14,880 nucleotides of DNA, taken from assembly GCA_048940645.1 (NCBI GenBank), contig JBHLOI010000075.1, positions 1 to 14,880 on the forward strand, written 5' to 3'. This DNA is from Promethearchaeota archaeon (GTDB lineage Archaea; Asgardarchaeota; Lokiarchaeia; Sigyniarchaeales; SOKP01). Under the pieces are notes generated by a model that was not told where the DNA came from, did no database searches, and saw only the letters and a list, made by a program, of their open reading frames with translations. The position numbers and the translations under genes were made by a program. This document shows positions 1 through 9,270 of this stretch, piece after piece; position 1 is the first letter of the stretch; each line of letters begins with the position of its first letter.

Positions 1-140
1 CTATATGCTTGATTCAATAATTCGAGTGCTTTTTTATATTCTTTATTCTTAAAATGGTTCTCTGAAAGTTCTACAAGGTAATCTCCTTTTTTCTTATAAA
101 AGGCCATAAAATCTTTAGATGTGTCAATATTTTTATCCAT
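1..140 (-). CDS. Partial hypothetical protein (N-terminus only), possibly TPR-like helical repeat
   Basis: Manual translation from ATG at 140: MDKNIDTSKDFMAFYKKKGDYLVELSENHFKNKEYKKALELLNQAY..., open to the window edge. 'HFKNKEYKKALELLNQA' resembles a TPR helix pair. Confidence 0.6.
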   Translation of the reverse strand, partial: MDKNIDTSKDFMAFYKKKGDYLVELSENHFKNKEYKKALELLNQAY

Positions 141-221
141 GATATTAATTTCTTGTAAAGTTTTTGGAATATATAATATTTATAGTGTATTTAAAAATAA
201 AATTAACTAAATTTGTATAAT

Positions 222-1646
222 TTAAAATTCTTCTGCTCTTCTACGGAAATCCTCTAAATCTATGACTTTTTCATTCAATCGGGATTCTTCTGCGGCAAAA
301 GCCATCAAATGACTTTCTAATGATGCACGAGCATTTGTTAAAGGTTGACTTTTGTTTTTATGTATGAGTGTATCAATAAAAGCATCTAGTAGTTCAAAAT
401 CTCCTTCATCAGCTCTACCTGATTCAAGAGACATTTTGTTTCTATATATAAGTTTCTTTTTCCCTGAAAAATGATTATAGAAAAATAATGTTTCACCACT
501 AACATGAAATTCTCCTATTAATGTTGCTTTTGTTCCATCTATTCTTAATGTACGTCCTTCTTGTTCGCTAAAACCATGCATTGTTAGATTAGCTGTTACA
601 TTATTTTCAAATTCAATATTTACAATTTGATGATCAACTACATCATTATCACAATGATATACGCATTTACCATATGGACTCGATTTTAAAATTCTAGCTT
701 TTGCTTTATCAGAATAATCCTCTTTTTGACCTGTATATAAATAATATATTGGGAAGTCTTGATAATATCTTAGTTTTTTTAATGGTTTTACTATCTTGGA
801 AAAGTAGGTTAGAAAATTCACATGTTTCCTTCTTAATCGACCTAATAATTTTATAAGTAAATTTTTACTTTTTTCCATCATTTGAGTTATTGGGACAATA
901 TCTATATAAATTCTTGGAGCATAATAAAGGCAATATCGTTTTGCAGGACATCCATCTAAACAATATTCAGGAGCTCCTTTCGGTGCATTTTCTGGCTTAA
1001 AATGTAATAAACTACCAAAAGAGCTAATCTTTTTTGGCATTGAATTTACAATCCAATAAAGAAGGTCTAAATCATGACAACATTTGGCAAGAATCATTGG
1101 CGAAGATGTTTCCACATTAGCCCATGGTCCTCTTATATAGCTATGTGCATAATGATACCACATAACATTCTCTCTATGAGTAATGTTAATAATTTCTCCA
1201 AGCAGGCCTTTATGTACAATTTCATGCACTTTAGAAAAGAAATTAGAGTATCTAAGTATATGCCCTACTCCTAATATTCTTCCTGTTTCTTCTACCTTCT
1301 TCACAATTTTAATACAATCCTGTAAAGTATGCGCCATTGGTTTTTCTAATAAAATATCATACCCCTTTTCCAATGCCATAATTGTAGGTTCTGTGTGCAT
1401 TTGATCTTGAGTACAAATAAATGCAACATCTGCCAATCTTTCTTCATTAAATAAATCCTCCCAAGTTTCATAACATCTTTTAGGAAGAATTCCATGTAGA
1501 GAAGCGAATTTCTTCCGCCTTCTTTCTATAGGTTCAGCTACAGCGATGAATTTTAACTTTGTTTTATTCTTTAAAGCGAAATCTCCGTAGATCGTTAAAC
1601 CACGCCTACCAGCTCCAATGAGTACAGCAGTTATGGGTCTTTTCAT
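222..1646 (-). CDS. Gfo/Idh/MocA family NAD(P)-dependent oxidoreductase (Cys-cluster subfamily)
   Basis: Rossmann start AVLIGAGRRG, LLEKPMA, KCCHDLD catalytic segment and YGKCVYHCDNDVVDHQ motif; 474 aa. Confidence 0.92.
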   Translation of the reverse strand: MKRPITAVLIGAGRRGLTIYGDFALKNKTKLKFIAVAEPIERRRKKFASLHGILPKRCYETWEDLFNEERLADVAFICTQDQMHTEPTIMALEKGYDILLEKPMAHTLQDCIKIVKKVEETGRILGVGHILRYSNFFSKVHEIVHKGLLGEIINITHRENVMWYHYAHSYIRGPWANVETSSPMILAKCCHDLDLLYWIVNSMPKKISSFGSLLHFKPENAPKGAPEYCLDGCPAKRYCLYYAPRIYIDIVPITQMMEKSKNLLIKLLGRLRRKHVNFLTYFSKIVKPLKKLRYYQDFPIYYLYTGQKEDYSDKAKARILKSSPYGKCVYHCDNDVVDHQIVNIEFENNVTANLTMHGFSEQEGRTLRIDGTKATLIGEFHVSGETLFFYNHFSGKKKLIYRNKMSLESGRADEGDFELLDAFIDTLIHKNKSQPLTNARASLESHLMAFAAEESRLNEKVIDLEDFRRRAEEF

Positions 1647-1661
1647 TTCTATTAAAATCTT

Positions 1662-2771
1662 CTATGATTCTATTATGGAAGGAATTTTTCCTTCTAATAA
1701 TAAATAATCTAGCAAAACAATAGCAGTCATAGCCTCAACTACTATCACAGCGCGGGGAACAATACAAGGATCATGCTTTCCTTCAATTTGGATTAGGTCT
1801 TCCTTCATAGTCTTGATATTAACTGTTTTTTGCGAAACTTCTATGGAAGGTGTAGGCTTTATTACAACTGTAAACTCTATAGGCATCCCAGTCGAAATCC
1901 CTCCAATTATTCCTCCTGAATCGTTTTTTTCCGTTAAAATTTTACCATCCTTAATAATCCAAGGATCATTATGTTCGGACCCTTTCATTTTGGCTGCACT
2001 AAAACCAGCACCAAATTCTATCCCCTTTATAGCTGGAATTGAAAAAATAGCTTTACTAAGATTAGATTCAATACTATTAAAAAGTGGACCCCCTACACCG
2101 GCAGGGAAATTAATTACGACACATTTTATTAAACCTCCTATTGAATCGCCTTCATTTCTTACTATCTCAATTTTTTTGATCATATCTTTAGATAATTCTG
2201 GATTTAATGATCTGACTGTGGATTTTTCTCTTATACTAAACCATCTTGCAAAATCTTTAAAATCATAATACCTATCATCAACAATTGACCCAATACCTTT
2301 AGTATAAGCGATTATAAATATATCATGTTTTCTTAAAACTTGCTTTGCTAATGCTCCAGCCATGACAAAACTAGCAGTTATTCTGCCCGAAAAACGTCCT
2401 GATCCTCTATAATCTGCAAATCCACCATATTTTTTTAAAGCGGAATAATCAATGTGGGATGGCCTTAGTAAATCTCTAAATTTTTCATACTTTATAGAAT
2501 CTATCTCTTCATTTTTAATAACAAGACAAATCGGAGCACCAGTTGTTTTATTATTGAAAATACCGGATAATATCTGTGCTTTATCCAATTCACCACGGGG
2601 TGTAGCTAAGTGAGATTGACCAGGTTTTCTCATATTTAGTTCTTTCTGAATTAGATCTAGGCTAAAATTAATACCCGCTGGTATTCCATCAACTATTACT
2701 CCTATCAAAACTCCATGACTTTCTCCAAAAGAAGTTATTTTTAAATGATTACCAAAAGTGTTGTCTCCCAA
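1662..2771 (-). CDS. aroC: Chorismate synthase
   Basis: SFGESHG, TTGAPI, RPSHIDY, GRFSGRITA, AIKGIEFG, GGIIGGIS, KPTPSI and KHDPCIVPRA motifs; TTG start. Confidence 0.97.
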   Translation of the reverse strand: MGDNTFGNHLKITSFGESHGVLIGVIVDGIPAGINFSLDLIQKELNMRKPGQSHLATPRGELDKAQILSGIFNNKTTGAPICLVIKNEEIDSIKYEKFRDLLRPSHIDYSALKKYGGFADYRGSGRFSGRITASFVMAGALAKQVLRKHDIFIIAYTKGIGSIVDDRYYDFKDFARWFSIREKSTVRSLNPELSKDMIKKIEIVRNEGDSIGGLIKCVVINFPAGVGGPLFNSIESNLSKAIFSIPAIKGIEFGAGFSAAKMKGSEHNDPWIIKDGKILTEKNDSGGIIGGISTGMPIEFTVVIKPTPSIEVSQKTVNIKTMKEDLIQIEGKHDPCIVPRAVIVVEAMTAIVLLDYLLLEGKIPSIIES

Positions 2772-2888
2772 ATTTTACACTTTTAAATAAAATTTTTTAA
2801 TTTATTAGAATAAATATCTTTTAATTAATAATATATCCTTGATTTTCTTTAATTTTTATTTACGCAATTTTTTAATAACCTTGAAAAA

Positions 2889-4223
2889 ATGAATTTACGA
2901 GTAAAACCAATAAACAGTATAAATGGAGAAGTAAAAGCTCCTCCATCAAAAAGCTATTCACATCGTGCCTTTATAGCTGCTAGCCTTGCCGAAGGAGTCT
3001 CAATTATTAAAAAACCCTTAATAGTTGGAGATGTGGAAGTCACTATTGAAATTTTAAAGAAGTTAGGCGTGAAAATTTTAAAAGAGGGGAGAGATACTTA
3101 TATCGTTGAAAAAGTGAATAAAACCTATAAAAGAAGTGATGATGTATTAGACTGCAGAAATTCTGGCACCTCAATAAGAATATTTAGTGCTTTATCACTC
3201 TTAATTGATGGAGGGCTTTCATTTAAAGGTAGATTCTTGAGAATGAAAAGACCTATTCTCCCTCTTTTAGACTCATTAAAAAAATTTGGCGCTGATTATC
3301 AACTTACAAAAAAAAAGTTATTTATTCATCGAATTAAAAATAACTGCGATAAGATAAAAATACGAGGAGATATTAGTTCACAATTTATTACTGCCCTCTT
3401 AATGATATGCCCTCTATTGACATGTGAAAAGGAAGATTTTATAACAATCGAAGTAATTACTCCAATAGTATCATATCCTTACGTGGAAATTACTAAACAT
3501 ATTTTAGAGTCATTTGGTATAAATATTTTTGAAGAGTTAAATGCAGAAAAAATTGGAAAATATTATATTAGCACCCAACAAAATTATAGAACCCAAATCT
3601 TTGAGGTTCCTGGAGATTTTTCTTCAATAGCAAATATAATAGCTGCTACAATTATTTCTCCAGAAGATTCCCAAGTTGTCATAGATAATTTAAATTTTAA
3701 AAAACCCCAAGGAGATAAAAACATTATTGAAATATTACAAGATTTTGGCGCAAATATAGAAATTGACCAAAAAAGAAATCGAATAATTGTTTATGGCAAT
3801 CGAAATAAAAATCCCTTAAAAGGATTGGATATAGATATATATGAAAACCCAGATTTATTCCCTATTTTAGCCATTATCGGTGCATTTGCGAAAAATAAGA
3901 CCACTTTATATAATGCATCAAATCTTAGGTTGAAAGAAAGTGATAGAATCTCCATAGTTGCTAGAGAATTGGTTAAAATGGGTGTTAAAGTGAAAGAAGA
4001 TAAAGATAAATTAACTGTTTATCATTGTAAAGAATTAAAAGGCTCTGAAATAAACCATGAAGAAGATCATAGAATTGCAATGGCTTTTACTATAGCCGCT
4101 TTGCATGCAGATTCCATTTCCAGAATAAATAATGTTGAAATAATAAAAGATTCTTATCCTAATTTTATTTATGATTTACAAACTCTTGGAGCAAAAATTG
4201 TAAATGAGGATGAATTTATCTAA
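2889..4223 (+). CDS. aroA: 3-phosphoshikimate 1-carboxyvinyltransferase (EPSP synthase)
   Basis: PPSKSYSHR, NSGTSIR, SSQFITALL, VPGDFSS, LRLKESDR and DHRIAMA motifs; divergent from aroC. Confidence 0.97.
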   Translation: MNLRVKPINSINGEVKAPPSKSYSHRAFIAASLAEGVSIIKKPLIVGDVEVTIEILKKLGVKILKEGRDTYIVEKVNKTYKRSDDVLDCRNSGTSIRIFSALSLLIDGGLSFKGRFLRMKRPILPLLDSLKKFGADYQLTKKKLFIHRIKNNCDKIKIRGDISSQFITALLMICPLLTCEKEDFITIEVITPIVSYPYVEITKHILESFGINIFEELNAEKIGKYYISTQQNYRTQIFEVPGDFSSIANIIAATIISPEDSQVVIDNLNFKKPQGDKNIIEILQDFGANIEIDQKRNRIIVYGNRNKNPLKGLDIDIYENPDLFPILAIIGAFAKNKTTLYNASNLRLKESDRISIVARELVKMGVKVKEDKDKLTVYHCKELKGSEINHEEDHRIAMAFTIAALHADSISRINNVEIIKDSYPNFIYDLQTLGAKIVNEDEFI

Positions 4224-4632
4224 ATGATTTTTGCCTTCTTTTTCTTGCTTTTTTCCCACCAAAATGCTTAGGTTCTGTCCTTCTAGAATCTCCAGATAGT
4301 AATGATTCATCATACTCTCTGAAAGATTTTTCAATAGTTTTAGTACCAAAAAACTTATTAATAGACTTTGCAATCGCTATTCGAACTGCATCAGTTTGAC
4401 CCATTTTTCCACCACCCTTAACAAAAACATTGATATCACATTTTCCTAATTTTGGATGATCTATAACCTCCAATACTTCCTGAATCCTTAATCTAGCAAT
4501 TATAGGTTCATAATTTTCTAAAGGAACATTATTGATTTTAATTTGGCCTTTAGCAGGATGTCTTAAAACTGCTCTAGCAATAGCTGTTTTTCTTTTCCCA
4601 GAGGATTGAATAATTTTAGTTTTTTCAGACAT
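4216..4632 (-). CDS. rps9: 30S ribosomal protein uS9
   Basis: SGKRKTAIARA, VKGGGKMGQ, GDSRRTEPKHFGGKKARKRRQKSFR C-terminus. Confidence 0.97.
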   Translation of the reverse strand: MSEKTKIIQSSGKRKTAIARAVLRHPAKGQIKINNVPLENYEPIIARLRIQEVLEVIDHPKLGKCDINVFVKGGGKMGQTDAVRIAIAKSINKFFGTKTIEKSFREYDESLLSGDSRRTEPKHFGGKKARKRRQKSFR

Positions 4633-4637
4633 AAGAT

Positions 4638-5108
4638 TTAAACCTCAATTTGATTATTACGCCATCCTAATCTGGAACATAGATTTTCTAATGTAATATA
4701 TCTATTATAGTATGAAAGTCTTGTTTTTTCAGCATTGGGGATCTCTGTTGGAATTAATTTCTGGTATCTTTTTTGGAAGCGTTCCGGAATATCACCAATA
4801 TAGACATGTACTTTTTTAATAGCTTCTTTCCCACGAATCTTTTTCCTAGGTAGCATTTTTTTAATTATATTTCTCATAAAATTATCAGGCCTTCTTGGCC
4901 AAAATGGCCCTCTTGTAGGATTAGTCGCTGTACTAATATTTAACTTGTTCAAATATTTCTCATGGATATTTTTCTTAGTTCCACTAATTATTGCGTGTTT
5001 AGCGTTAATTACCACAACTCTTTCTCCTAATAAAGCTTTTTTAGCAACTTGGCTACAAAAACGTCCTAATATTTTATCTGTAGCATCTAATAATAAATAT
5101 TCTAGCAT
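4638..5108 (-). CDS. rpl13: 50S ribosomal protein uL13
   Basis: DATDKILGR, GERVVVINA, GPFWPRRPD, KMLPRK; located between rpl18e and rps9. Confidence 0.96.
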   Translation of the reverse strand: MLEYLLLDATDKILGRFCSQVAKKALLGERVVVINAKHAIISGTKKNIHEKYLNKLNISTATNPTRGPFWPRRPDNFMRNIIKKMLPRKKIRGKEAIKKVHVYIGDIPERFQKRYQKLIPTEIPNAEKTRLSYYNRYITLENLCSRLGWRNNQIEV

Positions 5109-5132
5109 TACAATTCACTCATTGATTAATTT

Positions 5133-5489
5133 TTAATAAAATACTTTAACATTTTTACCACTAGGGTTCTGCTCTAACAATTCTTCAATTGAGATTATTT
5201 TACTGCCTGAATCTTCAATTTTTTTCCTTGCTGGCTTTGAACAGTTTAAACAAGCAATAGTTAGTTTATGATCTAATTCTCCAATTCCCAAAATCTTACC
5301 TGGAATCACTATTACGTCATTTTGCTTAGTTTTTCTGTTAATTCTGTATAAATTAGCTTCTATTCGATTCCTTCTGGGCCCCGATAATTTTTTTGATATT
5401 TTTTTCCAAATTCTTCTTTTAGTTTTCCATAATTCTCGAATAAGTTTTCTATTATAATAATTTGAGGGGCCTGTAACTCTATGACTCAT
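5133..5489 (-). CDS. rpl18e: 50S ribosomal protein eL18
   Basis: IWKKISKKLSGPRRNRIEANLYRIN, VIPGKILG, ARKKIEDSG; conserved rpoD-rpl18e-rpl13-rps9 order. Confidence 0.95.
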   Translation of the reverse strand: MSHRVTGPSNYYNRKLIRELWKTKRRIWKKISKKLSGPRRNRIEANLYRINRKTKQNDVIVIPGKILGIGELDHKLTIACLNCSKPARKKIEDSGSKIISIEELLEQNPSGKNVKVFY

Positions 5490-5567
5490 TTTTATAAATC
5501 CTTTCTATATTTAATTCATTAAATATGAGATGTAAAATATGGGATATTTTAATAAATTTTTGATTAA

Positions 5568-6407
5568 CTAAGACTCTATCTCAAGCTCTTCTAATTTAGT
5601 AATAAACTCATCAATTTTTTCATTAAATATTTCAATAGTTTTTTTAATGATGATATTAAAAGGCAATACTCCATCACTTTCTATTGAAAAAATATATGAA
5701 TTTTCTTTTGCTCGTACCTTTATTTTGTTATTAGTATTTTTCTCACAAGATTGACATAAAGTACAAGTTTTCCAATAATCCTCCTTTAATCTTAAGGAAT
5801 TTTTTGATGTCAACTCAAAAAGATTTTCTGGACACATCTTTACGACTAAATTATTTTCCTCTGGATCGATTAAATCATTTTCGTTGAATTCAACAATGGG
5901 ATAATACCTATAAGCTACATTTGAAACAGCTTGCCACTTTGCGTGGTTTCGGCCAATCCCCAAAATTGCATATGCTTCTAAAATTACCTGGTCATTTTTA
6001 TCAATTTTTACGATGGGAATATTTGGATCAACAGGAATTATTTTTGGATCATTTGAATTTAAATTCCCTGAATAAATCTCTATTGGAGCATTGGTTGTAT
6101 TTGTCATTTCTAAAGTTAGTGAAACTTGACAAAGTGGACATCCAAATCCAGAGCACTCACAGTCGCTCGGTAATTTATAAGCATCCAAATCTGTCTTGAG
6201 CGGAATCATTCCAAGACGATGTGCCAAAATCTCATCGTATAGCGGAGAATCGTTTTTAAGAATAATTACTTCATCAATTGCCATAGCAGGAATTTCAGTT
6301 AGCATAATCCGCCGTAGGGCATTCACCATTTCAATAGAAATTCCTTCAATTACAAATACTAAACTATGCGGGGTCTGTTCAATTACTTCAAGATTTAATG
6401 GGCTCAT
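5568..6407 (-). CDS. rpoD: DNA-directed RNA polymerase subunit D (Rpo3)
   Basis: VNALRRIMLTEIPAMAIDEV, NDSPLYDEILAHRLGMIPL, GRNHAKWQ, CTLCQSC and IESDGVL motifs. Confidence 0.97.
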   Translation of the reverse strand: MSPLNLEVIEQTPHSLVFVIEGISIEMVNALRRIMLTEIPAMAIDEVIILKNDSPLYDEILAHRLGMIPLKTDLDAYKLPSDCECSGFGCPLCQVSLTLEMTNTTNAPIEIYSGNLNSNDPKIIPVDPNIPIVKIDKNDQVILEAYAILGIGRNHAKWQAVSNVAYRYYPIVEFNENDLIDPEENNLVVKMCPENLFELTSKNSLRLKEDYWKTCTLCQSCEKNTNNKIKVRAKENSYIFSIESDGVLPFNIIIKKTIEIFNEKIDEFITKLEELEIES

Positions 6408-6517
6408 TGTTTTAAATACTCAAAAAGATAATAAATAGTATCAGAATATAATTTCAAATACGTAATTCAAGATAAATTTTTCTGTTCTTAGGTAAAAAAA
6501 TAGAATGATAAAATAAA

Positions 6518-7846
6518 TTAATAAAACTCAAAATATTCATATGCTTTATTTACACTCTGGAAGCAATACTTAATTTCTTGGAAGTTTTTTCTAAATTCAG
6601 CAACTTCTAACTTAATTTTTTTAGGATCTTTTTTGTCAACTAATACTTTTTTAATAAATTCTGCTATATCTTCCATTTCACTTTTTCCCATGCCAAGTCT
6701 GGTGATTTCAGAGGTTCCTATTCTCAACCCACCTGGATTTTGATAATGTCTACCCTGTGCGATGTCATACGGTAAAAGATTTCGATTAAGAATTATATTT
6801 GCTTCTTCCAATATTTTTTCTATGTCTCCACCTAACCCGATAATTTTCTCAAAGTTTGTTATGTCTACAACAATCTGATGTGATTCAGTAAAACCTTTAT
6901 GTTCCATTAAAACTTTGATTCCACGTTCGTGTAAAGCTTGACCAAGCGCCTTAGCATTTTCAATAACATTTTTATGATACTCTTTCCCATACTCAAGCAT
7001 TTCAGCTAATGCAATAGCCAACCCTGCTACATTATGTAGGTGATGATTAGAAAGTAGGGCAGGAAATGCGCAAGACCTTAAAGTCTCAATTAAATCCTCT
7101 CTATTAGATACTAAAGTTCCATGTTGTGGTCCTGGAAGAGTTTTATGTGTACTCATTGTCATAACATCTGCCCCTTCTCTCAACGGATCTTGAAAATATC
7201 CAGAACCAATCAATCCTGCAACGTGAGCAGCATCATATCCTACTTTAGCTCCAACCTCTTTTGCTACATCGCCAAGTTCCTTAACTGGATGTGGAAACAA
7301 AAAAACAGATCCCCCAAATAAAACTAATTCAGGTTTATATTCTCTAATAATTTTTGCTGAAGCATCAATATCAAGATTCATCTCATCATTGTCAAAAGCA
7401 AGATATTCGATATTTAATCCCCTAGTTGTCCCAGCTGTACCAAAGATTTCTCTACCACTTTTAGCAAATCTAGGACCATGTGAAATATGTCCTCCTCTAA
7501 CAATAGACATACAACACATTTTTCCATTATTATCTGATGTAAAAGCGTTATACATCGTTAGATTTGCTACAACCCCTGAAACTGGGCGAACATCAGCGTG
7601 AATAGACTTGAAATATTGATTGGCAAGGTCCATACAAATATCTTCTACTTTATCTATATATTTACATCCCGCATAAACGCGTTGTCCGCTCCATCCTTCC
7701 GCATATCGATGACTAAAATCACAACTACAAGCTTCATCCACAGCAGGACTAGTGATATTTTCTGAGGCGATTAAAGGAATACTGTGTTTAAACCAATCAT
7801 GATGTTCCATTAATAAATTTCGAATTTTTTCGATTTTCTTCTTCAA
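6518..7846 (-). CDS. glyA: Serine hydroxymethyltransferase (archaeal type)
   Basis: PLIASEN, RYAEG...YAGC, GGHISH, YDAAHVAG, STHKTLPGPQHG (PLP-lysine), GLRIGTSEITRLG; TTG start. Confidence 0.97.
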   Translation of the reverse strand: MKKKIEKIRNLLMEHHDWFKHSIPLIASENITSPAVDEACSCDFSHRYAEGWSGQRVYAGCKYIDKVEDICMDLANQYFKSIHADVRPVSGVVANLTMYNAFTSDNNGKMCCMSIVRGGHISHGPRFAKSGREIFGTAGTTRGLNIEYLAFDNDEMNLDIDASAKIIREYKPELVLFGGSVFLFPHPVKELGDVAKEVGAKVGYDAAHVAGLIGSGYFQDPLREGADVMTMSTHKTLPGPQHGTLVSNREDLIETLRSCAFPALLSNHHLHNVAGLAIALAEMLEYGKEYHKNVIENAKALGQALHERGIKVLMEHKGFTESHQIVVDITNFEKIIGLGGDIEKILEEANIILNRNLLPYDIAQGRHYQNPGGLRIGTSEITRLGMGKSEMEDIAEFIKKVLVDKKDPKKIKLEVAEFRKNFQEIKYCFQSVNKAYEYFEFY

Positions 7847-8061
7847 TTTTTATCAAACCTTTTTTACAAAATTTATAATTGTTAAATTAATAATAAAACT
7901 CCAATTTTTTTAAATCTTATTGCAAAATAAAAATTATAGTATATTTATTCTAATTGAACGAGAATGTTAATATAAAATCCAATAAAATTATCAAGAATAT
8001 CCAAAAGTTTTAAAAATTAAAAATAGTTTATCAAAATATTAATAAATAACATACTCTTACT

Positions 8062-8979
8062 TTAGCCCTTGGATTTCTCCAAAATTAGCCTTGCTTCATA
8101 TAAATCCAATTTTTTTCCAGCTTTTTGTTTTTCTAATGCTGTTGCCAGCTTTTCTTGTTTAATTTTTTCAAGTTCTTCATTTCGTTTTGTTTGAGCTTTA
8201 TAGGGTTTTTTAGATCTTTTCCCCTGCTTATAGGATTGTTTACCTCTTGGAAATCTTTTTCTCATATTCATTAATTTTAAATATTGTTCGTGAAATTTGT
8301 CTGCTTCTTTTTTATTTTCAATTAGTTCTTCTTCAATTGCTCTTTTTTTATCTCTTAAGTCTTTCGCCAGTTGATATAATTCATTCATTTTTATATGATA
8401 TTTCTGAGATTTATTAGACCATTTAGTTAATTGTTCATAAATTTTGTTTAAATTAATTTTGACAATTTGTATTTTTCTTTCTATTTTAAATAAGTCAGAG
8501 TTTTGTTGTTTAGCCAAAAAATCCTGCTTTATTTTCGCTAACTCTCTAATTTTATCTATAATCGCATTTTCTTCTGAAATATTCAAGTTTTCGGTCTCAA
8601 TCTTCCTTTCTAAAGCAACTATTTTTCGTTCTATTTGTTTAATAGAAATAAATTTATTACCATTTTTACCTTGATTAGTTGACTTTTGTAAACCTTTCTT
8701 TTCGTCTATAAATTTATCAAAAATCTTTTTATATTCAATCTTTTTCTCTTTTAACTTCTTTACCTTGGTATTCCAATAATCTCTTTTATTTTTACTATCA
8801 TTTTTAGCTAAACTTAAATAGTTATCAATTTGATTGTCGATTTCTTGTAACTCATTTATATAATCTTTTGTTTTTTTATTAAAATCGTCTCTTTTTTTTC
8901 TGAATACTTCAATTTGGTCTTGAAGTTCTTTTAAAGAGAGTCTAGAGGGTTGAGAGAACTTAGATTTTTCACTACTCAT
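8062..8979 (-). CDS. Archaeal long coiled-coil protein (COG1340-like)
   Basis: Heptad-rich K/E/Q/N sequence with 'KRDDFN', 'LERKIETENLNISEENAIIDKIREL', 'ADKFHEQY' and C-terminal 'KAGKKLDLYEARLILE', typical of this family. Confidence 0.75.
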   Translation of the reverse strand: MSSEKSKFSQPSRLSLKELQDQIEVFRKKRDDFNKKTKDYINELQEIDNQIDNYLSLAKNDSKNKRDYWNTKVKKLKEKKIEYKKIFDKFIDEKKGLQKSTNQGKNGNKFISIKQIERKIVALERKIETENLNISEENAIIDKIRELAKIKQDFLAKQQNSDLFKIERKIQIVKINLNKIYEQLTKWSNKSQKYHIKMNELYQLAKDLRDKKRAIEEELIENKKEADKFHEQYLKLMNMRKRFPRGKQSYKQGKRSKKPYKAQTKRNEELEKIKQEKLATALEKQKAGKKLDLYEARLILEKSKG

Positions 8980-9270
8980 AGATTAATTCATTAACGAGTA
9001 TTTATACAAAGATATGTAATAAACATTGATTGAGTATTTCAATCTTACATTTATTTTATATTTTTGGTAAAAAAACTCTTAAATCATTTAAACATTCATT
9101 TAATATTACAAATTTGTAAAATATATGCTAAATAATAGGTATTCTTTTTCAAGCTTAAAAAGGTATTTATTATGAAATTGGCTGTTTTATTTTTAATAAA
9201 ATAGATTTTTATTAAAGAATGAAATCATTAAATAATAATTAGAATAATTGAAAATCAAACAGGATAATTT

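Noticed and set aside
1074-2268. Plus-strand ORFs 1074-1274, 1183-1404 and 1813-2268
   Set aside because: Antisense shadows of the well-supported oxidoreductase and aroC; no recognisable motifs.
5490-5567. tRNA-Leu, or in-frame readthrough, between rpoD and rpl18e
   Set aside because: The gap is AT-rich with no cloverleaf or T-loop motif. Although 78 nt is in frame, it contains a TAA at 5511-5513.
4176-7601. Short alternative ORFs 4176-4373, 4945-5136, 5921-6199, 6196-6438, 7121-7321 and 7389-7601
   Set aside because: Overlap conserved housekeeping genes in other frames or on the opposite strand; no independent support.
9014-9050. Weak hairpin GATTGA-GTATT-TCAATC with outer ATGTAA/TTACAT upstream of the coiled-coil gene
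   Set aside because: Short AT-rich stems with a large bulge, within chance expectation.
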